Below are positions 31,081 to 46,905 of a stretch of 64,000 nucleotides of DNA, piece after piece. Position 1 is the first letter of the stretch. The number at the start of each line of letters is the position of its first letter. Source of the stretch: the human T2T-CHM13v2.0 reference genome, Homo sapiens; the NCBI RefSeq assembly GCF_009914755.1, contig NC_060933.1, one strand, 5' to 3'. The translations under genes and the position numbers were made by a program. The notes beneath the pieces are model-generated. The model worked only from the letters and a program-made list of their open reading frames with translations. It searched no databases and was not told the origin of the DNA.

Positions 31081-31973
31081 GCCGTCTCTTCTCCTGCCTT
31101 CCTTGCTCTCCACGTTGTTTTTGTATTTAAGATAATGTTTAAGCCATCCTTGCCTGTTTTTAAACAAGGGTGTATTTAAGTGATCCACCCCTCACAGATC
31201 ACTGGACCAGGTGGATGTCTGAGCCATTGCTCAGAGGTATGAGTTATTCCTATTTAGATTCTGATTTTTTACCAAGGTTGTGTGTTTCTAGCTCCGGCCC
31301 GGGGATGCACTTCCTTGGGATTAGCGCCATATCTGTCGCCTTCCCAGTGATAGCTCCTCAGCAGGTGAGGGCTGTTGCACCCTCTGAGGAATGTGGATTC
31401 CTCGGCAGGCTCCACCTTCCCCTTGGAAACTGCAGCTGTGTTTGCTGAAAAGGCAAGTGGGGACAGCTTGTTTCCTCCCAACCTCAGGTACCTTCCTCTC
31501 CAACTGCTGCTCCTAAATCTCAGAATATATGGTGTTGCTTGCTTCTCCTCCGAACCGCCCCCTCCCCTCAGGGTGGGGATAGGGCATGGAAATGGCCTTT
31601 GGAAGTTAATGGGATTCTTGGGGTCAGATTGGATTCTCCAGAACCTTGGGGAAAGGAAAGTCAGGTTTCTAGTAAATAAATAACATCCTGGAATGGCCCT
31701 AGCAGAGGCTATTTGTAGGAGGAAAGGAGAGAAGTAGAGAAGCAAATCTTGACTATTTCCCCCAAGAAGTGCCAAGTGGTTTTGGAACTTTTTTTTTTCG
31801 GTTTTGAACATTTTTAAGGGAAAGTTTATCCTACTCTACCATATTTAAATAGCATACGCTACAAAGAACGACTTGATTTCCTTTAGGCCAAAGAGAAGAG
31901 ATGGCCTTGTTTGTTTTCCTAGTGATAAGAGTCGAGGATTAATTGTTAAATCTCTTTTTGAAGACTGAGAGAT

Positions 31974-32453
31974 GCCAGGGCAAGGTGGCTCATGCCTATA
32001 ACCCCAGTTACTCGGGAGGCTGAGGCAGGAGAATTGCTTGAACCCAGAAGGCAGAGGTTGAAGTCAGCCAAGATTGTGCCACTGCACTCCCGCCTGGGTG
32101 ACAGAGCAAGAATCCACCAAAAAAAAAAAAAAAAAAAGGAAAAGGACTTTTAGAGGGCCAGGCACGGTGACTCACACCTATAATCCCAATATTTTGGGAG
32201 GCCAAGGAAGGAGGATTGCTTGAGCCCAGGAGTTGGAGACCAGCCTGGGCAACATGGCAAAATGCCATCTCTACAAAAAAGTACAAAAATTAGCGTGGTG
32301 GTGCACATCTGTAGTCCTAGCTACTCAGGAGACTGAGGTGGGAGGATCACCTGAGCCCAGGGAGGTCGAGGCTGCAGTGAGCCGTGATCGTGACTCTGCA
32401 CTCCAGCCTGGGCAACAAGAATGAGACCTTGTCTAAAAAGAAAAAAAAAAAAG
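31974..32453 (+). mobile_element. Monomeric Alu (31974-32137) followed by AluJ (32156-32453)
   Basis: Alu consensus with A tails. Confidence 0.88.
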
Positions 32454-33799
32454 ACTTTGCAGGATAAACATTGGCTTGAGTCTCCCTCCTGATTCCCTGT
32501 GGAAGTGGAGTTATCCTGCCTTTTCAGCATGGGGCTCTCCAGAGATACTCACTTGCTACCCAAGTGTTGCACACCACTCGTCAGCATGCGATTCACTGGA
32601 GACTGGTTTGGAGAAGGTTTTAAGCAATTGTTCCCTGGCCTTTGGAATCAGTTGCGTGAATAAGAAGAAGTACATGCTCATTTTGCAGACATGGCCTTTG
32701 GTCTCAGATGGGCACTTTCCTCCAATTTTAATGTCTGTGAGCCCCAAGAGCTTAGTTTGAGTACTTTTCTCCAGAAAGGAAAGTCACCACTTAAAAATCA
32801 AGTGCCCAGCTGAAATCTTCCTAGATATTTGTTCCTTCAGATGGCAACAAAGGGCAGTCCTGCTTCTGGTCTGAGAAGTCTCAAACCTAGACCACCCCCG
32901 ATATGCCCATTAACAGGGGTCCTTTTCTTGTCCTTTTTCTTCAGAGTACTGGGCCTGAGTGGAAACTCATACTTGTTTGTGTAGTCTGTAAGGGCTGATT
33001 TGTTTAATTGACAGTGAAATTCCAGTGACTTATAACAGTGGCACTGAGTCTATTCATAAACCCTTGCTAGATAATGATAGTAAGAGCTTATTTTATAACT
33101 GCCTTAACTGATCCAGAAAAATCGCAAGAGCTCTAATGCAGCCTCCCTTTTGGACTTTTCAGCAGGTGGAACTTAAAGAAGAAAAAAAACTGTGAAATTT
33201 ATTAACTATCATGACAAAACATCTTCTTCTGATTATAGCCGTTCAAATGTTTGGTCCCTGACCAGGTGCAGTGGCTCAGACTTGTAATCCTAGGACTTTG
33301 GAAGGCCAAGGTAGGAGGAATGAGTGAGTTCAGGAGTTTGAGACCAGCCTGATCTCATCTCTATTTCTAAAAAAAATAATTTAAAGAAATAATAATGCAA
33401 TGAAATGTTCAGTCACTACTATAATTCAGTAGCCCTAATACTTTGAAATATTTGATTATAGAAATAAGAGGCAAAGATTTTTATGAGCCAGCTTAAAGCC
33501 TGATTTTTCAAGATACAGCACATGAGGGGAAATGTAATAAGGGTCATCTTTATTAGGTGTGGAAGTTCACTCTTTTCATGGACAAGGAAATGCTAAGAAC
33601 TAAACATTTCTCAAATTCTTGTTCACAAGATGAAGGGATTCAATAGTTAGGTGACCATCTTTTTAAATTTCTGCGACACCCTACATGGTCCTGAAAATAA
33701 TATCTTGGATTTTCACAGGAAAATCCTCTGCTAAAATACCACTAGAAACACTTTCACGGCTTTCATTACAATTCTTATAGGCTTATTCTCTGCTTCCAT

Positions 33800-34020
33800 A
33801 GAATGGTAGAATGAGCACAGAGCCTGGAGTGAAGAGTCCTTGGGATTTGAATTCTGGTACTATCAAGCTCTATCATGCAGGCAAACTGTGTATTTCCCTA
33901 CAAGCCTCAATTTCCTCATCTGGAAATTGGAGATATTACTTATTACTTCGTTTGTTATTAGAGGTGTGAAAGATACTCAGTTGTGTGGCTGGCATATATT
34001 CAGCACTCAATAGTTGTTAT
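33800..34020 (+). mobile_element. MIR
   Basis: Core gcctcaatttcctcatctggaaattggagat. Confidence 0.7.
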
Positions 34021-34934
34021 TTTAAGGTAAATCTGAATAATTTGATTATGAGAAAATTAATATTTTCTTATGAAATAAATTCTCTCATAGTATGTCTCTT
34101 TCTGTGTCCTGCTTAGTGTCCCGCCTATAATTTAGGGTGACTCAAGTGTTTTGATGACCTGCTCTGTCTGAGCTAATAACTGTCCCTGTAGTATTATTCA
34201 TTTCTTTAAAGAGGAAATGGAAAGAATGAATCATTTATTTTTGTGCCCCACCGGCTAATCCTCAATTCATTTAAATATAATATTTAAATATATAATTTAT
34301 ATAAATATAATTTAAGTATGTAAATTCTGAAGGAAGGTTTTATGCTCTAAGTGGGAATTCTGTCCAAGCAGAATTACTGAGTGAGAATTCTGCCAGCCTT
34401 CTAATGCGGGTCATCCAATAATGATTATATAGTATATGATGTTGTTAAGGCACTTCTTATATCCTCACCCTATTCACAATATAATACCTAATCTTTCTCT
34501 CCAGACCAGTTATGCCATTACTTCTGTCATTTGAAAAATCTGTGATTTCAACTTAGAGCTATTCAGAAAAAGCAATAGGTATTGGCATTTACATGACAGA
34601 GCTGGCAAGCTTATTCATTCTAAATTGTTTTCTTTGGAGCGCTAAGGAAGCAATCATGCATAGATTCTGATTCCATTATCTAAAATCAGAAACAGCTCCT
34701 TCATGGTCTTAGCAATACCCTTGCCCAGCCTCGTGTCTCTACCCTGGAGCTCATGTAGCGTGCATCTGGCAGTGCTAATTTGAGACGTGGCATAGGCTTT
34801 CCCGCTTTGTCTGTGAAGCCCCTGAGGACAGGGCCCAGCGGCGGTTCACGCTGGTTCCAGGCCCAGCCCCTCACCTGCATAGAACCTTGGCTCAGCAGTG
34901 TTTAGGAATATCCCTGTAATAATCAACACTTAAG

Positions 34935-35980
34935 CCATTCATTCATTTAACAGATATGTATCAGACACCCACTGTGCACCAGGGATTGTTCTACAGCCGG
35001 GTCACACAGCATGTCCTCATGGGACTTAATGTTCAAGTAGAGAGAGGTAGACCATAAATAGAATACATAGGTAACCTACTGTATAGAGCATGTTAGATGA
35101 GAATAGTGTTCTGGAGTAGTATAGAGCAGGGAGTGGGCTGGCAAGGTGGGGGGTTGCAATTTTAAACAGGGTGACAGGGGAGGCCATACTGAGAAGGTGA
35201 CAGTTGAATCAAGACGGAGGAGAGGTGAAGGAACAAGTTGCACAGGTATCTGGGGAGCATCCTAGTTTGTGTGAGAAACATCAAGGAGTAGAATGAGGGA
35301 GGGAAAGAGTAGGAGGAGATGAAGTGGAGGTGAGGCTGGGGGCAGAGCAATAGGGTGGTTCAGGTCCAAGGTCCAGGAAAGGGGAAATGGGTGCCTCAGC
35401 TGAGCAGCCAGGAGTGGAACAGAATGAAAAGACAGCTGCTTGAGGTTAACCTGCAGGGCTTGGCTGGATTTGGTCCAAGGGAGAAGGCAGTGGCTATCTC
35501 CAGCAAAACAGAGAGTCCTGGAAGGGGCACCGACTTGGAAAAGAACATGGCATGTTCCACGGTGGACGTGTTGAGTTTGAGGAGCCAGAAGGGTGTTTGG
35601 GTAAAGGTAGGCAGCAAACACCTGGCTAAGTGAGTCTGGTGCTCAGGAGACAAATGTGGAGTGGAGTGTCGACTTAAGACAGCATGTCAGGGACCTGGTT
35701 AAGGCTTTGGGAATGAATGAACCTATCCTGGGAGAAAAGGGAGAAGAGAAGACCAAAGACAGAGTTCTGGACAACCCCAACATTGGAGGTCTGGGAAGAG
35801 AAGGGGCCCACAGGAGAAACCGGACGTGGTGTGATAGAAATTAAGAACAGGAACAGTGATGGGTGAGAGGCTCGGGGGCAGGAGTGAGAGGGTCTGAGGA
35901 GGATGTTCAACAGCGTTGGGGATACAAAGGACAGGGATGTGACCTTCTGGGCTTTTATTTGGAGGCACTTAAGTGTGAAA
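34935..35980 (-). mobile_element. L2 fragment
   Basis: cattcattcatttaacagatatgtat...actgtgcaccagg (L2 3' end, reverse strand) followed by a purine-rich L2 body. Confidence 0.7.
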
Positions 35981-36024
35981 GAATTTAGAGAAAGTGGAAG
36001 TCACGTTTAAGATCCAGAGAGTAT

Positions 36025-36985
<961 letters not shown>

Positions 36986-38446
36986 CTCCCGCTGCTGTGT
37001 GATATTATTACCCTATATTCTGATGTTTCTGCCTCCCTCACCAATTCAGGAACCCTAAGGGAAGGAAGTTTGTGTTGCTCTTCTCTGTGCCCATAGTACC
37101 TATCACATTGCACAGTAGGGTGAATACATTTGTTGAATTGCTGAGCCATTTATGACCCAGAGAGTTAGTAAAATGTTGTCCTTGTTTGTCAAGGGAACAA
37201 ATGAGCCTAAAGCTTAAATCAAACTCTATTACCTCCATAAATTCTCCTCTGCCTGTTTCAGCCCCCTCTGATCTATGTCAGCAACATAGATTAACACTTG
37301 ATGAATCTATATAAATATCAAGCATGTTGATCTTTTCTTTCTCAAAACTAGATTACAGACCCCTTGAGGTCCCTCTTATTACATTTCACAGGCACTAAAA
37401 AATAAAATGAGGCCATAAAGTAATGAGACTGACTCTTAACTGTTTTTTTAATTTTTAAAAAAGTATATCTGATACCTATACTCTCTGAGTCTTTGTTTCT
37501 TATTAACAAGAAAGGGACTTAGATTAGCTGGGAGAGCAAAGAAGATTCTATTCATGCATCTATTACCACTTATAGGTAGTGGACTATCTGGTATGATCTT
37601 TATTGAAAAAGAGTTGAAAACAAAAGTCTGAAATTGATTACTGCTGTCTGGCACTGGCTTAGGATCAGGAACTAGTGGTATGCGTGCTGAGTAATTGTTG
37701 ACTTGGGTTATAAAACCTCTGAGAGTCCTTCTAGCTTTAAGAACCTTTAGCTTTATGACTGTATATTCATTCCTCAGTTCATTGCTGGGAGCCAGAGGAA
37801 CTCTTCTGTAAGGAGCTAAGGGGGTTCAAAGGGCATTACAAGATGATAAAATGACCTAGACATTGAGTCAACTGTTCTGTGTTTGAACTGCTGATCAGTG
37901 ACATAGGGATAATCATGTAAATTGTATATGGGGCTATTACCATGGTAATATGTTCTATGTCAGTATTATTAGATGGTTTATTACAACAGTAATAGAAGGT
38001 CTAATATATGTATGTTTTTGGACTTTATATGTCTCTAATTTAAAATATTTGCAAAGTACACAATACTCCAAAAACACTAAATAAAATAATAGTTTCTTCA
38101 AAATGACAGGAATAGCCTAGTTCCTATATCCTCAAAACCAGTGATTTCCACAACAATAATCAGTTTGACATAGGGAAAACAAAAAAAAAGCATAGTTATT
38201 CATATATAATGGGGACTTTTGCTTTCAATGAGGAATATAGCTTTATGTTTATGTATTTCTGAAAAGTGATGAAAACAGACAAGGTTGCTAGTTTAGTCAT
38301 ATATATTTAATTTGTATTAATATATTTATTCCATAGCATGCCACAGACATGACAATATTAGCAAAATAATGAGCACTACTAATTAGTTTCCATAATATTT
38401 TCTAGAAATTTGGGAGTTGCTAGTGAGTTAAGTTCATCTGCAAAAA

Positions 38447-39022
<576 letters not shown>

Positions 39023-39949
39023 TAAGTACCTTAGAGAAGAGATCCTTCTGGCCTCGCCAAAGTTCTACATATTAAAGAATTAGGAAAAGAAACTGGGCTT
39101 TGAATGCTTATGCCTGGTGTTTTCATTTTTGCAACTAAATCAGAATCAGATTTGAAGCATCACTGAAATGATTCTGATTTTTGGTTGTTCTATGCAAGGT
39201 ATATATGACTCAAGTCTATCAAAACTCCAAACAAAATGATCTAAACACAAAATTATAAAATGAATCTTTAAAATGATTTTACATATTAGACTCTGCACAT
39301 GCAGGTTGGTATATACAATCTTAATGCCTCCTATGAGGAAGACTGAATATAAATTGCTAGTGGTTGGCAAATATTGAATATCTTGTTAGATGTTGCTTAA
39401 TTTAAGATACGGTGTTTTATTTAGTACAGTAAAACTACAAAATTGAAGTTGCTCACCTGTTAAAAATTTGAGCACTGGGCATAAGAAATAAAGAAAGCTT
39501 CAAATGAAAACACGCTGTGTAGAAAATTTTTGTGTGCAAATTCAGGATGTGGTGGAGCTCAGGTGGGTAAAGCCTGGGTTATGTCAGACAAGGTAGGATT
39601 AGGAATCAGTTGTTAGAGAGCATGTATGCATGTGAGAGCACTTGCTTATAAAGAGAGAAAGCTTTCCACATTAATTGCTTGTGAGAAATTGTGATTACCT
39701 TTAACAGAGCCGAGACTGAAAATAACTGTCCTAGGGAGTCCGTGACACACTGGCCTGGTGCCAGGGAAGCTGTGTTCGCCTGAGGTATTGCAAATTTCCC
39801 GTGTCGCTGGAGATTTGGGGTCACAGATGCTGTGACAACTCAAGCACTCTCGAAGAAAATGAACTCATTTTAGATGACATTGAGTGGCCCGTTTAAACTC
39901 CCCATAGCAGTGTCTATTAAAGTAGAAAGTGTTTTAAATGGCCTTTTCT

Positions 39950-40253
39950 ATTTTGTTTGTTTTATTTTGAGACAGAGTCTCACTCTGTCACCCAGGCTGG
40001 AGTGCAGTAGTGCGATCTCGGCTACTGCAACCTCCACCTCCCAGGTTCAAACAATTCTCCTGCCTCAGCCTCCCGGGTAGCTGGCAGTACAGGTGCCTGC
40101 CACCACAACTGGCTAATATTTTCTATATGTTTAGTAGAGACGGGGTTTCACCATGCTGGCCAAGCTGCTCTCGAACTGTTAACTGCAGGTAGTCTGCCCG
40201 CCTCGGCCTCCCAAAGTGCTGGGATTACAGGTGTGAGCCACTGCACTGCGCCC
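39950..40253 (-). mobile_element. AluS (its 3' part is copied again at 40800-40938)
   Basis: Full reverse-complement Alu; see the duplication finding. Confidence 0.88.
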
Positions 40254-41081
40254 AAGAAACTGATTTAGAAAGAGTTAATACATTATACTTGCTGAGGAAC
40301 AGCCCCAAACTGCAACAAAGAGTACTCTGTTGTAATTAGTACAGCCCACAGTAACACCTCTGTTAATAGAAAGGAAGTGTTTCAGTGACTCACTCTTTTT
40401 CAGAAATTTTACTACTTTACTTTGAAAATTATCTGCTGACTGCCTGTTCCGTTACCAAAGGTAGAATATTTCCTTTCCAATAAATAGTCCTATACTTTCT
40501 GGGATGGACAGATCTCATCCCAGCTCACAGATGCTTCATGTTCCTCTCCCAGGCCCAGCCTCGGCTATGTGAGCTCCGGGCAGCGGTTCCCACTCAGCCA
40601 AGACAGGGAGGGATACAGTGCCCTGTTCTCTACCACTAATCCCCAGACCCAGCCCTGAGAAGATAAGACGTCCCACCAGTCCTGCACTCATGCTGAGGTC
40701 ACCACTCCCGAGCCCTTTCTTAGTCTCAGAGTCCCTAACCGTGTCCAACACAGGACAATTGTCACAGCAGATCTCCGCATGTCTAGGAAGGCTCTTGATA
40801 GTAGAAAGTGTTTTAAATGGCCTTTTCTATTTTGTTTTGTTTTGAGACAGAGTCTCACTCCGTCACCCAGGCTGGAGTGTAGTAGTGTGATCTCGGCAAC
40901 TGCAACCTCCACCTCCCAGGTTCAAACAATTTTCCTGCTATCATCATGTGACTCTCTGCTTGGTCTGCATGTTGAAGCAATAGCAGACTTTGGGACTGGA
41001 ACTTGGCTTCGGAAACACCCTCAGAGAGGGTCCACATGGCCACATGGTGTGTTTATTCTTATAATCTCTCTGAGACAACTA

Positions 41082-41453
<372 letters not shown>

Positions 41454-41746
41454 TCAACCAAGGGGGAAATCCTTATAGGAGAGAGCTTAGGTGAGAATGT
41501 ACAATTATTTTTCTACCATTGTTCTATTGCTTAAGAGTTACCTCGTTACTAATAATTCAGTAAGGAATTAAGTCAACATAAAAAAATGCACCATCACCAG
41601 AAATGCCTAAACTACAGAGAGCCTAATCTCTGAGCCTCTCCCCATTACTGGAAAATAAACTGATACTGTTCAACTTCTGTGGGTATCTCAAAGACTTGTT
41701 TTCTGAGCCACTTAGCAGGTTTCATTTAAGATTTCCCCAAATTATG

Positions 41747-42031
41747 GGCCAGGCACAGTGGCTCACATCTGTAATTCTAGCACTTTGGGAGGCCAAGGCA
41801 TACAGATGGCTTGAGCCCAGGAGTCCAAGACCAGCCTGGGCAACATGGTGACACCTCATCTCTACAAATAATACAAAAATTAACCAGGTGTGGTGGGTCA
41901 CGCCTGTAGTCCCAGCTACTCAGGGGGCTGAGGTGAGAGGATCACTTGAGCCCGGGAGGTTGAGTCTGCAGTGAGCCAAGATCACACCACAGCACTCCTG
42001 CCCGGGTGATAGAATGAGACCCTGTCTCCAG

Positions 42032-42060
<29 letters not shown>
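41747..42060 (+). mobile_element. AluJ with long A tail; MIR (-) follows at ~42150-42340
   Basis: J diagnostics; MIR core cccattttaccagatgaggaaactga. Confidence 0.85.
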
Positions 42061-42062
<2 letters not shown>

Positions 42063-44602
42063 TTCCCTGAAGTATGAGACATTGAGAGAGAAAGTGAGAG
42101 TGACATATTTTCTCCCTTGAAAAGTTCTCTTTGGCTAACCAACCCTAATATCAATATTTATTGAGAATTTACCACGAGTTTTATGTACATTTATCTCCCA
42201 TTTGACCCTCAGTACAATGAGTTAGGGGGTTCCCATTTTACCAGATGAGGAAACTGAAATTTACAAGGCTTAGGTCATGTAGCTGAGCACACAGAGCTAG
42301 GATTAGCACCCAGGACTGTCTGATTCCAAAGCTTAGGTTACTAATTATTAATCATTAAGCAAGTCTTCTTCCTTCCTAGTAAACCTTGATACACCTACAC
42401 CTAATTGGTAGTTAGAACCATACTTGGAGACAGGCTTCTTTCTTGCAAAGTGGCCAAATAAAGCCTATTCTCCTCCTTCTTGCTTCATCCTTTCTCAGTC
42501 TTGTAGCTCATCTTTATTGCGTGTGGTTAGTCCTTTCCGCTACGCTTCTCCTACATAAACCTTCTGTTTGAGCTTGAATTCTAGTGAAACTCATCTAGTT
42601 GCTTTCCCAGAACTGTTGTACTTTCATGCCCTAATCCTTTTGCTCAAATGTTTCACTCACTGTTATCCTGCCTATCCTTGAAGATGGATTTAATTACCAC
42701 TTTTATGTTGTAGACTTCTCTGACTGCAGTTGGAGATAATCTCCCTTCTCTACATTCTTAACCCTTGATTTATATGCATAAATTATCACCATTAGCACCA
42801 CCATTCCCACGTCTGTTCTGTGGCAGACATCACTGATTACAGTACTCTTCACTACTGAGCTCTGTCATGGCCTCAGAATCCTCGAAACTTTGCTCCAGGC
42901 AACCACTGTTAATCAAACAGAATTGGTGCCTAAGATGAAAAGTATTGTTTGTTGCTGGGAAAAGTTTATTCATTTGGCAATCAATTAGGAACTGAATTTA
43001 AATTGAGCAAGTACTGATGTTACTGATAAGAGAAGCAGAGTCAAAGTCTGTATTTTGTCCTCTCAGTCCATTGGTGGCAATACATCCACAATCACTAACA
43101 TGATCCTGAGTGTGGTAAATGCTGCAAGGAGGCTGCAGCATGCTGTGGGCCTTCAAAGAAGGTGCAACTGGGAAAGTTCCTGGAGGAGGCCATAATTGGA
43201 ATGGCCTTGAGCAGGTGTGGTAGGATTTCTGGGCTTGAAGACTGGAACGAGCAAGTCTGTATAAAGGTGATGATACACATAAGGAGGGCTTATCATCTCT
43301 TAGGTTCAATTTCAGTATTACATGGAACTATAATTTAATATATGTGTTGCTGTGCTTTCGCACTTTTTCTTACCTGTTTCCTAAGGACAAGAATGCAATA
43401 CTACACAGGTCTGTCACATCATAGCATCCAGCATTGTACTTACTTCACAGGAGGTGCCCCCAGATATATCTGACTGATTACAACCTTCTTCACTGAAGAA
43501 TTAAAACAGGTAAATCTTTGATGAACCAATCCCATTGATCCCCTAGAAGCCCACTCAGTTGTATGAGTTTTTGAGTGAAGACCATGAGGAACTCTTATGC
43601 TAGCCTAAGTCATCCCAAACATACTTAACTCCTGGAATGGGGACCCCAGAAGAAGAGCAAGTCTGGTTGCTAACAGTTTTGAAGCCATTTTATTGTGAGC
43701 ACTGCATGACCCTGAAGCTCCCAGACTGGAGAGCATCTCTGTACCCTAAGGAAGATCTGATCTTCTCAAGAAACCAGCACCAGAACCCACCTGATCTCCA
43801 GATAATTCTCTGGGCTAATTAGAGAAAATGGAAGATCCATCTCTTTTTCCATAATTGGGCTACAGCTTGGCACTGAATCAACCCTGGATGGTAGAGCCTT
43901 TTCAGCTACGGTATTTAGCAACTCTTACACCATTCATTGAATTTATTTCTGGATTTTCCCCCTCCAAGTGTCCTTTCACATCCTTATCCAAATTCTGCCC
44001 ACTTCTCTCCCTGTCTGGAGATTATTTCTATGATAAGAAATTAATTAGCCTGTCTGTACTACCTGTTCCAGGAGACTTTGAACAACTGCGTGGATAAACA
44101 CTAGATGTGGTCACCAAAGAGTCGGAAAATAAGTTTTTACTTTTTCATTAGCAAAAGTTAATTGTCAACCAGGAGATGTAACAGGCTTGCTCCATTTCTG
44201 CTGCCGCTTCTTGGATTTCTTTCTTGCATGTGGAGAATTTCCTGAGGTTTCACCAGACTGAAGAGATTCTGAGTTCTTGAAGTGATGGAGATAAAGATCT
44301 TGTTGTCATAAAACAGCAAAGAGCACTGTGATTGGGTTTGAAAGATTTTTGATTGTGTTATGGACAGTGCTCTTACTGGTTTTTAAAAAGTTGATGTTTT
44401 CTTCTGTGTAAATTTAAATAATTTCTTTAAAGGCAGTAAGCTTTTATATTTAATATACCTTTCACTGTGCAATCACAACAGGAAGATTTTCTAAATTAGA
44501 CATCTTTACCTTGAAGAAGAAACTTGTCTGTTTCAGTGTCTTTTTGTAGCAAGATTGACCAAAACAAGTGGTAAATAAGTCTGTAATATTTAACTGTCAT
44601 GA

Positions 44603-45099
<497 letters not shown>

Positions 45100-45256
45100 T
45101 AATGTTTTATGAAGGTTTAGAAATGAGCTCCCAGAAAAATAATATTTTAATATCTACAAATAAATAATCTGAGGATGTTTCTCAATTCAGCATCAATGCT
45201 GGGTTGTGCCTTGTGGATTTCCATTGGCTCTACGTGCAAAAGATTAAGTTAGTTAG

Positions 45257-45907
<651 letters not shown>

Positions 45908-46602
45908 AAATTACTATGAAATTCTATCCTGCCAGTGCTTTAGAATAACTTGCATTTTAAAGTACATTTGCACATTTTACATATAATGCTATATGGTTGT
46001 GTTTGGGTTTTGTGTACAGATGACTTTTGTTATTAAGTGGAAAAGGCCTGAAATATGCTGTTCTATGTTAAGTAAATTGATATAACCTAAGAAAAGATCT
46101 TGTTGCCAATTCAGAAACCATAACCTTAAATAGCATGCCTGGGTCTCCTCTGTATCTGGTTTAACATCTGCATTGAATATTGGTATTTTCCAATAATCTC
46201 CAACTAGCTTATTTATTTTGAAAAAAAAAAAAATAGAAATCTACGTCTACTTTTGCTTAAGTGGAAATACTTGAGTAATGCTTGGTTGCTTTTTTAACCT
46301 CAAGTCAATAACTGTGAAAGACTGGACTTACTGCACCTAAGATCTAGAACCCTGAAGTTATCTAATTGGTGCTCATCACTGAGCTTGTGTAGGCTTCCTG
46401 AAGCCTATTCAGGGCCCTGTGTACTAGGGAAAAGGGTTGGCAGATCACAGTGTGTGGAGTATGCAGCCAGTAATTCTTTCTTAGATTCTCTCTCCCCTCT
46501 TAGAACCTCCCCTCATTTCCCAGGGAACATCTGTTTTCCATGAGGGCAGTACTAAGGGGGCTGAAGATTCCCACAGACATATAATAAAAGGTTCCAAGAG
46601 TA

Positions 46603-46905
46603 GGCTGGCGGCAGTGGCTCACGCCTGTAATCCCAGCACTTCGGGAGGCCGAGGTGTGTGAATCACTAGGTCAGGAAATGGAGACCATCCTGGATAACAT
46701 GGTGAAACCCCCTCTCTATTAAAAATACAAAAAAAAATTAGCTGAGCGTGGTGGTGGGCACCTGTAGTCCCAGCCACTTGGGAGGTTGAGGCAGGAGAAT
46801 GGCGTGAACCCGGGAGGTGGACCTTGCAAGTGAGCCAAAGTGGCACCACTGCACTCCAGCCTGGGTGACACAGCAAGACTCTGTCTCAAAAAAGAAAAAA
46901 AAAAA
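46603..46905 (+). mobile_element. AluY-like
   Basis: Y diagnostics gagaccatcctgg and gagaatggcgtgaacccggg. Flanking repeat ttccaagagta on both sides. Confidence 0.88.
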
